From an uncultured Chloroflexia bacterium (GTDB taxonomy: Bacteria; Chloroflexota; Anaerolineae; JAAYZQ01), in contig CAVOXA010000001.1 of the NCBI GenBank assembly GCA_963700285.1, positions 1,472,001-1,536,000 of the forward strand: DNA of 64,000 bases, given 5' to 3'. The notes beneath the pieces were generated by a model. It did not search any database and was not told the origin of the DNA. It was given only the letters and a program-made list of their open reading frames with translations. Both the position numbers and the translations under genes were made by a program. Position 1 is the stretch's first letter, and the number at the start of each line of letters is the position of its first letter. Positions 50,461 through 60,040 of this stretch are shown piece by piece.

Positions 50461-52610
50461 CTACTGGACAGTGACGGTCCGGTCTGCATTAACCCGCCTA
50501 TCCTGTGGGTTATAGGCGATGAGGCGATAGTTCAGTACGCCCGTTGCTGTGGGGCAGTCCTGCACCGAGCCCTGCAGCGGGGCGTTCTCCCAGACCGTAT
50601 CGTCGCCGCGGTAGATGTTTACCCACGAAGTGCCGCCCCCTGTTTTCCAACTGAGTGTTACGCAGGCGCCGGCCGGGATCTGTTCCGGGTTCACCGAGAA
50701 GGCTTGGATGACGGGATCGTTGGGGGAGGTGGGGGCGCCGGTGTGGCCGTGGCCTCGCCCACGACGTATACCGTGTGATGTCCCTCGCTGTTGCCGCCGG
50801 GGCCCGAAGCCTCGACGCCATAGGCGACGTTGCCGGTGCTGGTGGGGCAGTCCTGCATCTGGCCCTGCACTGGTGCGGCATCCCACAAGCTATTGCCGTT
50901 GCTGCTGATCCTGACCGAACTGACGTCCCCGGTCACTGACCAACGGATGTCGACGCACTGGCCGAGGGTGATCTGATTGGCGGGGTCCACGGTAAAGCGC
51001 TCAATGACCGGCGCATTGGTGGACGGGGTGACGTTGATGGTGATCTGACTGGACTGCACAGAACCATCGGGCATGACCACCCGCAGATGGTAGGTCATGG
51101 TGTGAGGCGGGCATTCCTTCTGGCTGCCCTGGCCGGCGACGCCGTTGTCCTGCCAATTCTCGCCCTCGGCATAAAAGTAGACCGCCTGGACGTTCTGGAC
51201 GTTCCAGGAAAAGACAACACACTCACCCGCATTGATGCTGGTCCGGTCCACGGTAAAGCTGATACCCGGCACAGGCGTCTGTGTTGGTACCGGTGTGGGG
51301 TTCGGGGGCGCGGGGACCTGGATGCCGACCGGCAGGCGCTCGCCAAAGGCTTGATTCCGGCCGTTCTCCATCTGCCAGAAAGCCTGGTAAGTCCCAGGGT
51401 TGAGGGGGGCGACGAGGGCGATCTCGATGTCATAGGTTGCACCCGGTTGCACCGTGCCCACAATGGCCACAGGCTGGCCGCCCATGCTAGCCGCTGGGTG
51501 GTTGCCCCCACCATAGACCAGATGGTAGCTGCTGTCCCAGGTACAGGTGCCTGTATTCTGCACCCGCCAGCCTTTGGTGAAGGGCTGGCCCGGCTGCATG
51601 ACGGCCGGTGAAGACATGTTCTGGTCGTCAAAGTTCAAGTGCTGGATCAAGGCCAGGCCGTCCAGGCAGGCCGGTGGTGGACCCGGTGTGCTGGTTGAAA
51701 CAGGCGTCGGGCCGGGGGTGGGTGTGGGCAGATTGGGATCCACGTTCAGGTACTCTTGGGCCAGGTTGGCGACATAGCCCTCGTTCTGCAGTTGGGTCAG
51801 GACATCGTTAATCTTTGTCCTGAGGGATTCGGCTCCCTTGGGCAGCGCGATGGCGTAACGCTGCAGGTATAGACCTCCTCCGACGATTCTGACCCCTCCT
51901 TGGCTCTGGAAGACTTCGGCAGGCTGGGCGTCCAGCACCACCAGATCGACGCGACCATCCCGCAGGTCTCGAACGGCGTCATCCGCCCTCTGGTAGACCA
52001 ACAGTTGGTCAGCCGGCAATTGGCCAGTGTCCACCAGGTTCGTCTCCAGCCATTCGTCATAGACGGTGCTGCGTTGGGTGCCGATTTTGAGCTGGGCCAG
52101 ATCGCTGGTGCCGTCGATGGTGGTGATGCCCGAGGCGTCGCTGGCCAAGATGCCGTCCTGGCCTACAAAGTAAACGTTGGAAAAATCGACATAAGACTCG
52201 CGCTCGGAGGTGACCGAGACGGCAGCAATGGCAGCGTCGATCTGGCCCAGTTGCAGGGCGCCGCCAAGCCCGTCGAAGGCAAAGTCGTGATACTCGACCT
52301 GAATACCCAGACGCCGGCCGATCTCGTCCATCAGGGCGATGTCAAAGCCGTCAATCCTGGCATCGGCGGTATAGTACTCAAAGGGCGCATAGTCGGCGGC
52401 CGTGCCGACGATGATCTTGCCGGCCGCCTGGACCTTGTCCCACGATCCATCTGTTCCGGGCTGGGGCACACCGGTGAAAGTAGGCTCTGCCACCGCGGTG
52501 GGTGTGGGCTCCCCGCCGGGCTGGACGATCACGACAATCGCGATGGCGCAAGCAGCCAACACGATGAGGGACAGCAGGGCAATGATCACGATTTGAGCGG
52601 TTCTCGACAT
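50461..52610 (-). CDS. Third paralog: family-3 solute-binding domain + NBR1-Ig-like + three Cys-pair Ig-like modules, split by an indel in a C-run near 50725
   Basis: ORF 50691-52652 continues into ORF 50461-50886 (NDPVIQAFSVNPEQI..GACV...QDCP...YRLIAYN) and is collinear with the 47914-50124 paralog. Confidence 0.87.
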
Positions 52611-52741
52611 TCTATTCTCCTCTTCCTGGTCCGATTCCAGGCAGCAAGCCATGGCTTCAGACCGTAGGGTGATAGTGCGATTTTCAGCACGCCTGGGTGG
52701 GCGATGCCCCGGGGTTTCCCGCTGCGAATCGCTACCGGTCT

Positions 52742-52770
52742 ATCATACCACAGATTTGCTCAGCGCGCAA
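52742..52770 (-). promoter_or_regulatory. sigma70-type promoter heading the surface-protein cluster
   Basis: TTGCGC, 17 nt, TATGAT, with a TG extension. Confidence 0.5.
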
Positions 52771-52931
52771 TGGTCATTCGTACAGTCTCTGGCCTGTACG
52801 AATGTACAGGTTTGGTTGAGGGATCTGTGAGGCCTGAAGGTGGGACAAGCTGGCCGCCCACCAGCCTGTCCCACGCAAAGCAGTCCGGCGCCGAATTTCG
52901 CCGTCAGACTGGCTGATCCGTGTTACCAATC

Positions 52932-54386
52932 CTACCGGGCTGGCAGTCTCGACCCAAGGGGCCCGGGTATCTGCTCGGCTGTTCCCGGCCCTACGTTCAA
53001 GTTGACCGTCTGAGTCGGGAAAGGCATATCGATGTGAGCCGCGTCGAGCGCTTGCTGCAGCGCGGTGTGCACCCGGTCGTAAATGCGGATTGTATCCTCG
53101 TACGACTCGATCCACCACCGCACGCGAAAGATCATGGCCGATTCGCCCATCTGGTTGTACAGGGCGTCCACAGGCCGGCCCGGCAGTACATCGGGTACCT
53201 GGCGGACCGTATCGATGATGATGCGACGGGCCTCTTCGATGTCGGTCCCGTAGCCGATACCAATGTCGCTCTGGACCCGGTATTCAGGATCGGGGAAGGT
53301 ATAGTTGACCACCTGGCCTTTGCTGATGGTCGAGTTGGGAACGATCACCATCCGGTTGTCGCGGGTGCGGATGCGGGTGGTACGGGTCCCGATCGCGACC
53401 ACGTCGCCCCAGGTATTCTCCTCCGAGATCTCGATCCGGTCCCCAATGCGGAAAGGCTGGTCTATCAAGATAATGAAACCGCTGATGGCATCGGAGAGCG
53501 TGTCCTGAGCGGCCAGGGAAAGGGCCAGGCCAGCAATGCCCAGCGAGGCGGTCAGAGCCGTGACGTTGACGCCAAAATGGGACAGAATGACGATGGCCCC
53601 TGTGGCGACCACAAAGACGATGGTAATGCGTCGGACCAGGGTCAGGATGGGATTCAATCGCTCCCGGTCTTCCTCCGGGACCACGCGCTGGCTGTATTGC
53701 TCGAAGCCAAGGTTGATGAGACGGAAGGCGATCACGATCAGGAGAACCCCTCCCGCAAGAAAGTAGATATCCCTCAGAGCCTGCTTTACCTCAGCCGATA
53801 CGAACCCCAGGCGCTGGGTGGCAAAGGATAGGGCCAAGATCACGATCAGCCACCTGATGTGCGGGCCGGCGGCGGCCAGGGCCTGGTTGTCAAACTCGGA
53901 TGGACTGCGCCGTACCAGGCGCCGGAGAGCAACCCACAGCAGCCATGAGGCCAGCAGATAGGCGCCCATCACAATCAAGATCGAGACCGCAAGGTTGATC
54001 CACTCTTCGCCGGTCAGGCCCAGAAACTCCACCCTGTTGAGGCCTGTTGCCTCGGCGATCTGTGCTACCCCTGTCTCGAGGGCGCCCTCAGTCGCCGTTG
54101 GGACCGGCGTTCGCTCCTCAATGATCCCGGGTCCCCCACCGTTTGAGGACCCTTCTGCGGTGGGTTCCACCGTGCCATCATCACTTGAGGGCTCTATCTC
54201 CTGCGCGAAGGCGACGTTTCCGCCGGCACGAGACGGCTGCTCCGCTGGCGCTGAGGCCTGAGAGATGCTACCTACATCCGGCTCAGGGGGCGCTGTCGTC
54301 ACAGAGACTTGACCCACAAAGATGATGGGTACAAGCAGAAAAAGAGCTGCTGCCGCGGCCAAAAACCTAGCCAGTCTAGTCGCCAT
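52932..54386 (-). CDS. mscS: Small-conductance mechanosensitive channel with N-terminal extension
   Basis: ASLGIAGLALSLAAQDTLSD.ISG, DQPFRIGDRI, GDV..IG.R.TRIRT.DN..V.VPNS, GIGYGTD and IDMPFP. Confidence 0.92.
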   Translation of the reverse strand: MATRLARFLAAAAALFLLVPIIFVGQVSVTTAPPEPDVGSISQASAPAEQPSRAGGNVAFAQEIEPSSDDGTVEPTAEGSSNGGGPGIIEERTPVPTATEGALETGVAQIAEATGLNRVEFLGLTGEEWINLAVSILIVMGAYLLASWLLWVALRRLVRRSPSEFDNQALAAAGPHIRWLIVILALSFATQRLGFVSAEVKQALRDIYFLAGGVLLIVIAFRLINLGFEQYSQRVVPEEDRERLNPILTLVRRITIVFVVATGAIVILSHFGVNVTALTASLGIAGLALSLAAQDTLSDAISGFIILIDQPFRIGDRIEISEENTWGDVVAIGTRTTRIRTRDNRMVIVPNSTISKGQVVNYTFPDPEYRVQSDIGIGYGTDIEEARRIIIDTVRQVPDVLPGRPVDALYNQMGESAMIFRVRWWIESYEDTIRIYDRVHTALQQALDAAHIDMPFPTQTVNLNVGPGTAEQIPGPLGSRLPAR

Positions 54387-54530
54387 TTAACACCTCCCCC
54401 TGAACTATGGTTGGTCGTGCACGCGGCGCCCACTCCCTGGATCTGGCGCACGCCTCTTGGCGACAGCAGCGGCTTTGACCCGTGCACTCTGGTGTAGCCG
54501 CTGTGCGTCAACCCACTGCTGCGTATGGGG

Positions 54531-54560
54531 AGTGTAGCACACCTCAGGGCAGGCTGTCAA
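54531..54560 (-). promoter_or_regulatory. sigma70 promoter for mscS
   Basis: TTGACA, 18 nt, TACACT, with a TG extension. Confidence 0.6.
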
Positions 54561-54717
54561 GCCTCCGTCGATGACATCGCCTGCCCTTCCGAAACCCATT
54601 GGCGCCCAGGGATGGACTGAGGTCCGCACCAGTTGGGGGACGGGTGGCGCGGGGACACGGTCCGATGAGTGGGCTGAAGCGAAACGGTTCTACAGGGAAG
54701 AACCGATGAGCCCTGAC

Positions 54718-54746
54718 TTGGCAAAATAGCCATGTTCCCTTATAAT
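54718..54746 (+). promoter_or_regulatory. sigma70 promoter for the PIG-L gene
   Basis: TTGGCA, 17 nt, TATAAT. Confidence 0.55.
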
Positions 54747-54883
54747 CGGGCTGTTCGTGGTGGCTGGCAGATTGCTGCCTGTCAAGGGCGATTCTGAATC
54801 ACTCTGCCGGACAAGTGCCGCAAATGCTGCTGCTGCTGCCAGATGTGGCCTGCGGCTTGCAGATAAACTCAACTGGGAGAATC

Positions 54884-55603
54884 ATGAACATGGAGCGGAA
54901 CGGAGTACCCGAATCAGCAATGGTTATCGTCGCCCATCCAGACGACGCCGAGTTCACAATGGCCGGTACCGTGGCCGCCTGGACCAACTCTGGCTGCTGC
55001 GTGACCTATGTCATCTGTACCGACGGCAATGCGGGCTCCCAGGAACCGGGCATGACCCGCGAGAGGTTGGCCGATATCCGTCGTGGCGAACAACGGGCGG
55101 CCTGCCAGGTCCTGGGCGTGCGCGACGTCGTTTTCCTGGGCTACGACGATGGGCTCCTGCAGCCAACGCTGGACCTCAGGCGCGATCTGGTGGCCGCCAT
55201 CCGGAAGTACAAGCCGGAAGTGGTTCTGACAGGAGACCCGACCAGAATGTACTCCGGCGTTCGCTACATCAACCATCCGGACCATCGCGCCGCCGCGCAG
55301 GCTGCCGTGGACGCCGTCTGGCCAACGAGTGGCATGCCCCTGTTGTGGCCTGAGCTTGGCCCCCCGCACCGGCCCATGCAGGTTTACATATCCGGTAATA
55401 GCGAGCCCAACGTCTGGGTGGACATCACAGAGACCATTGAGCAAAAGATCTCGGCCCTGCGGCAGCACGCCAGCCAGTTGGGGGACTGGGACCCTACAGA
55501 CCGGATCAAGGAGTGGAGCGCTGAAGCGGGCAAGGAGCAGGGTATGGCCCACGCCGAGGCATATTTGGTGATTACACTGCGGCAGCCGGAGGCGGGGGAT
55601 TAG
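54884..55603 (+). CDS. PIG-L/LmbE-family deacetylase
   Basis: AHPDD, TDGNAG, RRGEQ, HPDH, VDIT..IE.KI.AL..HASQ and AEAY. Confidence 0.92.
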   Translation: MNMERNGVPESAMVIVAHPDDAEFTMAGTVAAWTNSGCCVTYVICTDGNAGSQEPGMTRERLADIRRGEQRAACQVLGVRDVVFLGYDDGLLQPTLDLRRDLVAAIRKYKPEVVLTGDPTRMYSGVRYINHPDHRAAAQAAVDAVWPTSGMPLLWPELGPPHRPMQVYISGNSEPNVWVDITETIEQKISALRQHASQLGDWDPTDRIKEWSAEAGKEQGMAHAEAYLVITLRQPEAGD

Positions 55604-55613
55604 CGCCACGCAC

Positions 55614-55646
55614 AGACCTGGCGGGTTGCGGAAAACCTGCCAGGTC
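55614..55646. repeat. REP-like palindrome (same family as 31744)
   Basis: AGACCTGGCGGGTTG-CGGA-AAACCTGCCAGGTC, between convergent genes. Confidence 0.65.
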
Positions 55647-55706
55647 GAGATTGCGGACAGGGAGTCTGCCGGGGCAGGCTTTCGTCTGCCCCGGTCTTGG
55701 CTTTGG

Positions 55707-58028
55707 CTACTTGTAGTTTCTCGTCGCCAGCGGCAGCAGTGCGCGGTCCAGCATCAGCCACACCTCCCCGCCATTGGCCCAGTTCTGCGTGCCGATGTAG
55801 AGGTGGTTCTCGAAGGTGGTCAGGCTGTTGTTCCAGTACGGGCCGCCATTGTTGCTGTCACCGAAGCCGGCAGAGCCCATCTGCAGCCAGTTGGTCCCCT
55901 TGCCCTTGAATTCGAAGAGGTCGTTGATGCCCTCGTTGGCCTCGGAGCCAAAACCGCCGGTCATCACCGCCGTCCACTGGCTGCCGAAGCGCCACAGTTG
56001 GGCCCCCGCCCAGTTGTGGGTCCCGGCGTAGAGCTGCCAGCCAAAGGGAGCCAGGCTCAGAACACGGCTGTTTGCCAGCTCGCCAAAGCCATTGAGGTTG
56101 CTCTGGCGCCAGCCTGGCACACCGGGGGCGAACTTCTGGACGCGGTGGTTTTCCGAGTCGGCGATGTAGAGGCTGCCCGTGGCATCAAGCCCCACGCCGG
56201 TTGGATTTTGAGTCTCACCGCTTCGTTGCCCATAGCTGCCGCCGATGGTGGTCAGGTAAGCGCCCTTCTGGTCAAAGACCTGGATCCGCGCGTTCCACTC
56301 GTCGGCAACAAAGACGCGGCCCGCTTTGTCCACGGCGACGTCGGTCGGGTGGCGAAAGTGCCCAAAGTAATCGCCTTGCTCCCCGGTGACGCCGGCGAAG
56401 GTCGTACAGGCACCTGTCAGGCTGCATTTTTGCACGCGGAGGTTGTCGGTGTCGGCCACAAAGATGCTCCCCGCATCGTCCACGGCTACGCCCTGTGGCC
56501 CGTTGAAGTGCTGGTTATCCGAGCCCGCCACGCCGGTCATACCCAGGGTGGCTACGTAGAAGCGCTTGTCGTCGTAGACTTGCACGCGGTGGTTCCAGGT
56601 GTCAGCGACATAGATGTAGCCGTTCGCGCTGACAAAGACGCCCTGAGGGTCTTTGAACTGGTTGTTGCCGGTGCCCCATTCCCCTCCGACGGTAGCGAGG
56701 TAGGCGCCGGCGCTGCTGTAGATCTGGATGTGGTTGTTGCACCGGTCGGCTACGTAGATGCGACTTGCAGCGTCGGTGACGACGCCCTGCGGCCAGCAGA
56801 AACGGTCCTCACCCCAGCCATTATTACCAGGGCTGCCGATGGTGAACTGTGGAATCCCCTGGGGATTCAGCTTGATCACGCGCTGCCCGTTTGACTCGAC
56901 GATGATGATGTCTCCTGAGGGATCGATCGCCACATCACGCGGTTGTGTGTAGTGCAGGTTGTCGGTCAGGTAGGGCACGCTGGTGACGCCAAAGGTGCGC
57001 ACATAGGCGCGGTTGCTGTCGAACATCTGCACCCGGTGGCTGCCCGTGTCGGCCACGAAGAGATTTCCCTTCCGGTTCACAGCCACGGCCGTGGCCCAGC
57101 CAAAGTGATCGTTGTCGTCGCCCCACTCGTTGCTGACGCCCAGAGTGGCCTCATGGGAGAGAGTCGGGTAGGCGGAGAAGATCTGGACCCGGTGGTTCTC
57201 CTCGTCGGCCACATAGATGCGGCCCTTGTCGTCAACTGCAACGCCGCGTGGCGTGCAGAACTGGTTGTTGGCAGTTCCGCAGGAACCGGTCGTGCCCAGG
57301 GTCGCCGTGCAGCTACCATCGGTGTCAAAGACCTGAACCCGATGGTTTCCCGTGTCGCCCACAAAAAACGTACCTGCACCATCGGTGGCTATGCCCTGCG
57401 GCCAGCAGACGTGGTCGTTGTCCGAGTTGCAGTTCCAGGTTTCCCCCAACTGGCTGACATACTCCCCGCTGGAGTTCCAGGTGGAGACCCGGCTCGCGCT
57501 TTCGGCGATCCAGATGTTGCCGTCGCCATCCACCAGCAGGTGGTTAGGCCACCCTAGACGGCCGGACTCGTCGACGAGCGATAAACCAGCCTGCCCAATG
57601 GACATCAGAAACACCCCCTCTGGCCTGTACTTTATCATCCGTTGGCCATTGTTCTCGGTGATGTAGACGTTGCCCTTCGCGTCGGTGGCCACGCCGCCCG
57701 GGCGGAACAGGTGAGCGTTGTCGACCAGGTAGGGGACCAGGGGCTGGCCAAAGGTCCGTTCGTAGCGAAAGCTCAGGCCGGGCTCACCGAGGGGAACGGC
57801 CCTCATCCGTGAAGACTGTGCGCCTGGTTGGTCGGAATGGGCCGGACGCGGTAAGAACCAGTCAGGGTACGGATCCCAGCCAAATGCCGGCTGTGGTGGC
57901 TGCCCGGCGAAGGGTGGGGCCCCCGGCACCGGCAGCTCCTGGGGAGCGGCCAATGCGGATAGAAACGGTGTCAGCAGCAGGAGAAGGCTGGCCAGGATGG
58001 CCGCGGCAACGCGATTTCGTTTTTTCAT
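55707..58028 (-). CDS. Secreted NHL-repeat beta-propeller protein with C-terminal GFG..N / LY.GT repeats
   Basis: Signal peptide ending ALA; about 12 repeats of F..P.GVAVD..G.IYVAD..NHRVQ.F; C-terminal W...GFG...N repeats. Confidence 0.9.
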   Translation of the reverse strand: MKKRNRVAAAILASLLLLLTPFLSALAAPQELPVPGAPPFAGQPPQPAFGWDPYPDWFLPRPAHSDQPGAQSSRMRAVPLGEPGLSFRYERTFGQPLVPYLVDNAHLFRPGGVATDAKGNVYITENNGQRMIKYRPEGVFLMSIGQAGLSLVDESGRLGWPNHLLVDGDGNIWIAESASRVSTWNSSGEYVSQLGETWNCNSDNDHVCWPQGIATDGAGTFFVGDTGNHRVQVFDTDGSCTATLGTTGSCGTANNQFCTPRGVAVDDKGRIYVADEENHRVQIFSAYPTLSHEATLGVSNEWGDDNDHFGWATAVAVNRKGNLFVADTGSHRVQMFDSNRAYVRTFGVTSVPYLTDNLHYTQPRDVAIDPSGDIIIVESNGQRVIKLNPQGIPQFTIGSPGNNGWGEDRFCWPQGVVTDAASRIYVADRCNNHIQIYSSAGAYLATVGGEWGTGNNQFKDPQGVFVSANGYIYVADTWNHRVQVYDDKRFYVATLGMTGVAGSDNQHFNGPQGVAVDDAGSIFVADTDNLRVQKCSLTGACTTFAGVTGEQGDYFGHFRHPTDVAVDKAGRVFVADEWNARIQVFDQKGAYLTTIGGSYGQRSGETQNPTGVGLDATGSLYIADSENHRVQKFAPGVPGWRQSNLNGFGELANSRVLSLAPFGWQLYAGTHNWAGAQLWRFGSQWTAVMTGGFGSEANEGINDLFEFKGKGTNWLQMGSAGFGDSNNGGPYWNNSLTTFENHLYIGTQNWANGGEVWLMLDRALLPLATRNYK

Positions 58029-58454
58029 GTAGCACCTCCTTGTGAAGGAACTCGAGGGACCATCAGCTCGCAGATTCTTGGGTCAGGTGCTGCCCTGTGT
58101 GTGGTGTGTCACCTCCTTCCCCGTATGATCCAACTGTGGGCTTACGTTCAGACCGGAAGTTGGCTCTCACCAGGCCTAGCGAGGGCTGAACCAACCCTGC
58201 AAGGGATCCTGTCCAGGCAACGACGGATCGTCATTTCAAGCATCTCCGCCACCAGGGTTGTTGCCAGACCTCCTGGCGTCATGTGGCACGGGTCGGTGTA
58301 CCAGCGACCCGGACGGTGTTACGTAGGAATGAAGCATGTCTCTTGCCGTGAGGGCTGCAATGTGGGTGGATGAAATAGACTAGGCAGGGACACATCAATG
58401 CCGCGTCTGTGTTGAACCCCCCGAAGGCCCGATCACCCGGCAAATTGTCGTCGG

Positions 58455-59520
58455 TCAGCAGCAGCGTGTCGCGAATTGTCTCGAACTAGAATCGTAATCG
58501 AGCTGAGCGCTTAGCAGGCCATTGCTGGCCACAACATCGGTAACAGTGAAGGATGCGCGGATGTCGGCGCTATTACGCCAGGTGCCACCCCAGGACTTGC
58601 CCAGACCAGTTACATCCCACGTGGCCTGCCAGTCCATGTTGACGATAGCGGCTCGGTTATTCTCCAGATAGTCGTACCCATCACCGTACGACTGGACACC
58701 TGGGTCAACCCCCAGGGCCTTGTGCCTCGCGTAGCTAATGTAGCCCAGTTTGTCGCTGTGCCCGTGGCCGCCACCGTGGGGCCGAAAGTCGAAGGCCAAG
58801 TAGCGAGGATTTTCTGGCGGTCCAGCGCGAAGCACCGCGAACCCCGCCTCTGGGAGCAGAATACTCTCCGTTGGGGCCGCGATGCTGCCGACCGGCAAGG
58901 ATTCGGCTCCCCAGAGCAGAGCCTGCCAGGGTCTTCTGATCCATGACCAAGGCGGCATCAGTTTTACGTCTTGGTAGCGCCTGTATCCGATCTCGTAACA
59001 CCAGTTGCTGTAGCCCTCGCCTGCCATCCCACCCCATGAGTGATCGTTGAACTGAGATAGAGTGCGGTCTGGGTCTGGAGCGACTACCTCCAGGAGGTTG
59101 CGAACATGGCACGCAGCGTAGGATGAAAGTAGGTATTCAGTCCAGCGCGCTGTCCTAACTCGGCCAGATACAGCAACGAACTCAGTGCGATCAAGTGGTA
59201 CCCCCAGGTACCCTCCGACCAGAAACCGTCGGGAGCGCCTTGGGCAAAATGGGTAAAGAAGCCACCCTCTTCATCGTAAAAGGTATTGGACACAAGGCCA
59301 GGGTCCTCCAGGAGCCGGCCCGCAACTGCAAGAGCTACGTTGTGCTGAGCCTGCCAATTGCTCAATCCCCAATGCTGATCGGCGATTAGCTCCGCAGCCG
59401 GACGGAGCAGCCTGTCAGCGATGGCCCTCCGGTCGTCAGGCAAAAGCATGTCGCTGGAGGCGGCCAAATCATGAGCCCAGGCAATATCGACCAGCCATCT
59501 TGCTTCGTGAAAGGTGGTAG
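58455..59520 (-). pseudogene. Fragmented heparinase II/III / oligo-alginate-lyase-like gene
   Basis: Fragments read EARWL...AHDL, SNWQAQHN, DGFWSEGTWGYH, then a stop/frameshift, then FND, GFAVLR, PHGGGHGHSDKL and VDPG. No valid start, and segments are missing. Confidence 0.72.
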
Positions 59521-59590
59521 TCGTTCAGGTAGCGGTATAGTGCACCCGGTGACCGACTTTGCAGTAGTCCCATGCAGGCGCGGTCCAACG

Positions 59591-59619
59591 TTGTCATTCC
59601 ATTCCTAATATGGTATACT
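59591..59619 (+). promoter_or_regulatory. sigma70 promoter of the HEPN-MNT pair (near-leaderless transcript)
   Basis: TTGTCA, 17 nt, TATACT with a TG extension. The ATG is 10 nt after the -10 and there is no Shine-Dalgarno sequence. Confidence 0.65.
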
Positions 59620-59629
59620 CTATTCTACA

Positions 59630-60040
59630 ATGGATGAATCAGAGAGCGCCATTGGCGAGGCGGTTCGAATATACCTGGACGGTGCCCGGAACGCCTTGCT
59701 GAGCGCAGAGTATAACCTGGATGGTGATTTCTACGGGGTTGCAGTCAACCGGGCGTACTATGCCTTCTTCTACGCCGCCACGGCCCTGCTCCTCACGTTA
59801 GACATCACTCGCAGCAGACACGCGGGCGTTCTGGCTGCCTTTCGAGAGTACTTTGTCAAGCCGGACATCTTTCCGACTCAGGATAGCCACGCATATGGGG
59901 AATCCTTTGAGCTACGAAACGTCACAGATTACGAGATGTTGGGGCATGCAGATCCTGCCCAGGCCCGAGCGGCAGTCGAGGGTGCGCGCCGGTTCATAGA
60001 GCGCTGTGAGGCGCATCTGACTGGAGAAGGCTCCCCATGA
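59630..60040 (+). CDS. HEPN-domain protein (UPF0332-like)
   Basis: AVNRAYYAFF, SRHAGV...F...FVK and LRNVTDY. Confidence 0.88.
   Translation: MDESESAIGEAVRIYLDGARNALLSAEYNLDGDFYGVAVNRAYYAFFYAATALLLTLDITRSRHAGVLAAFREYFVKPDIFPTQDSHAYGESFELRNVTDYEMLGHADPAQARAAVEGARRFIERCEAHLTGEGSP

Noticed and set aside
56130-57720. Recurrent nucleotide similarity within the NHL gene, and among the three SBP-Ig genes
   Set aside because: These are coding repeats and paralogy with diverged third positions. There are no identical repeat-spacer units, no cas genes and no reverse transcriptase, so neither CRISPR nor DGR is supported.
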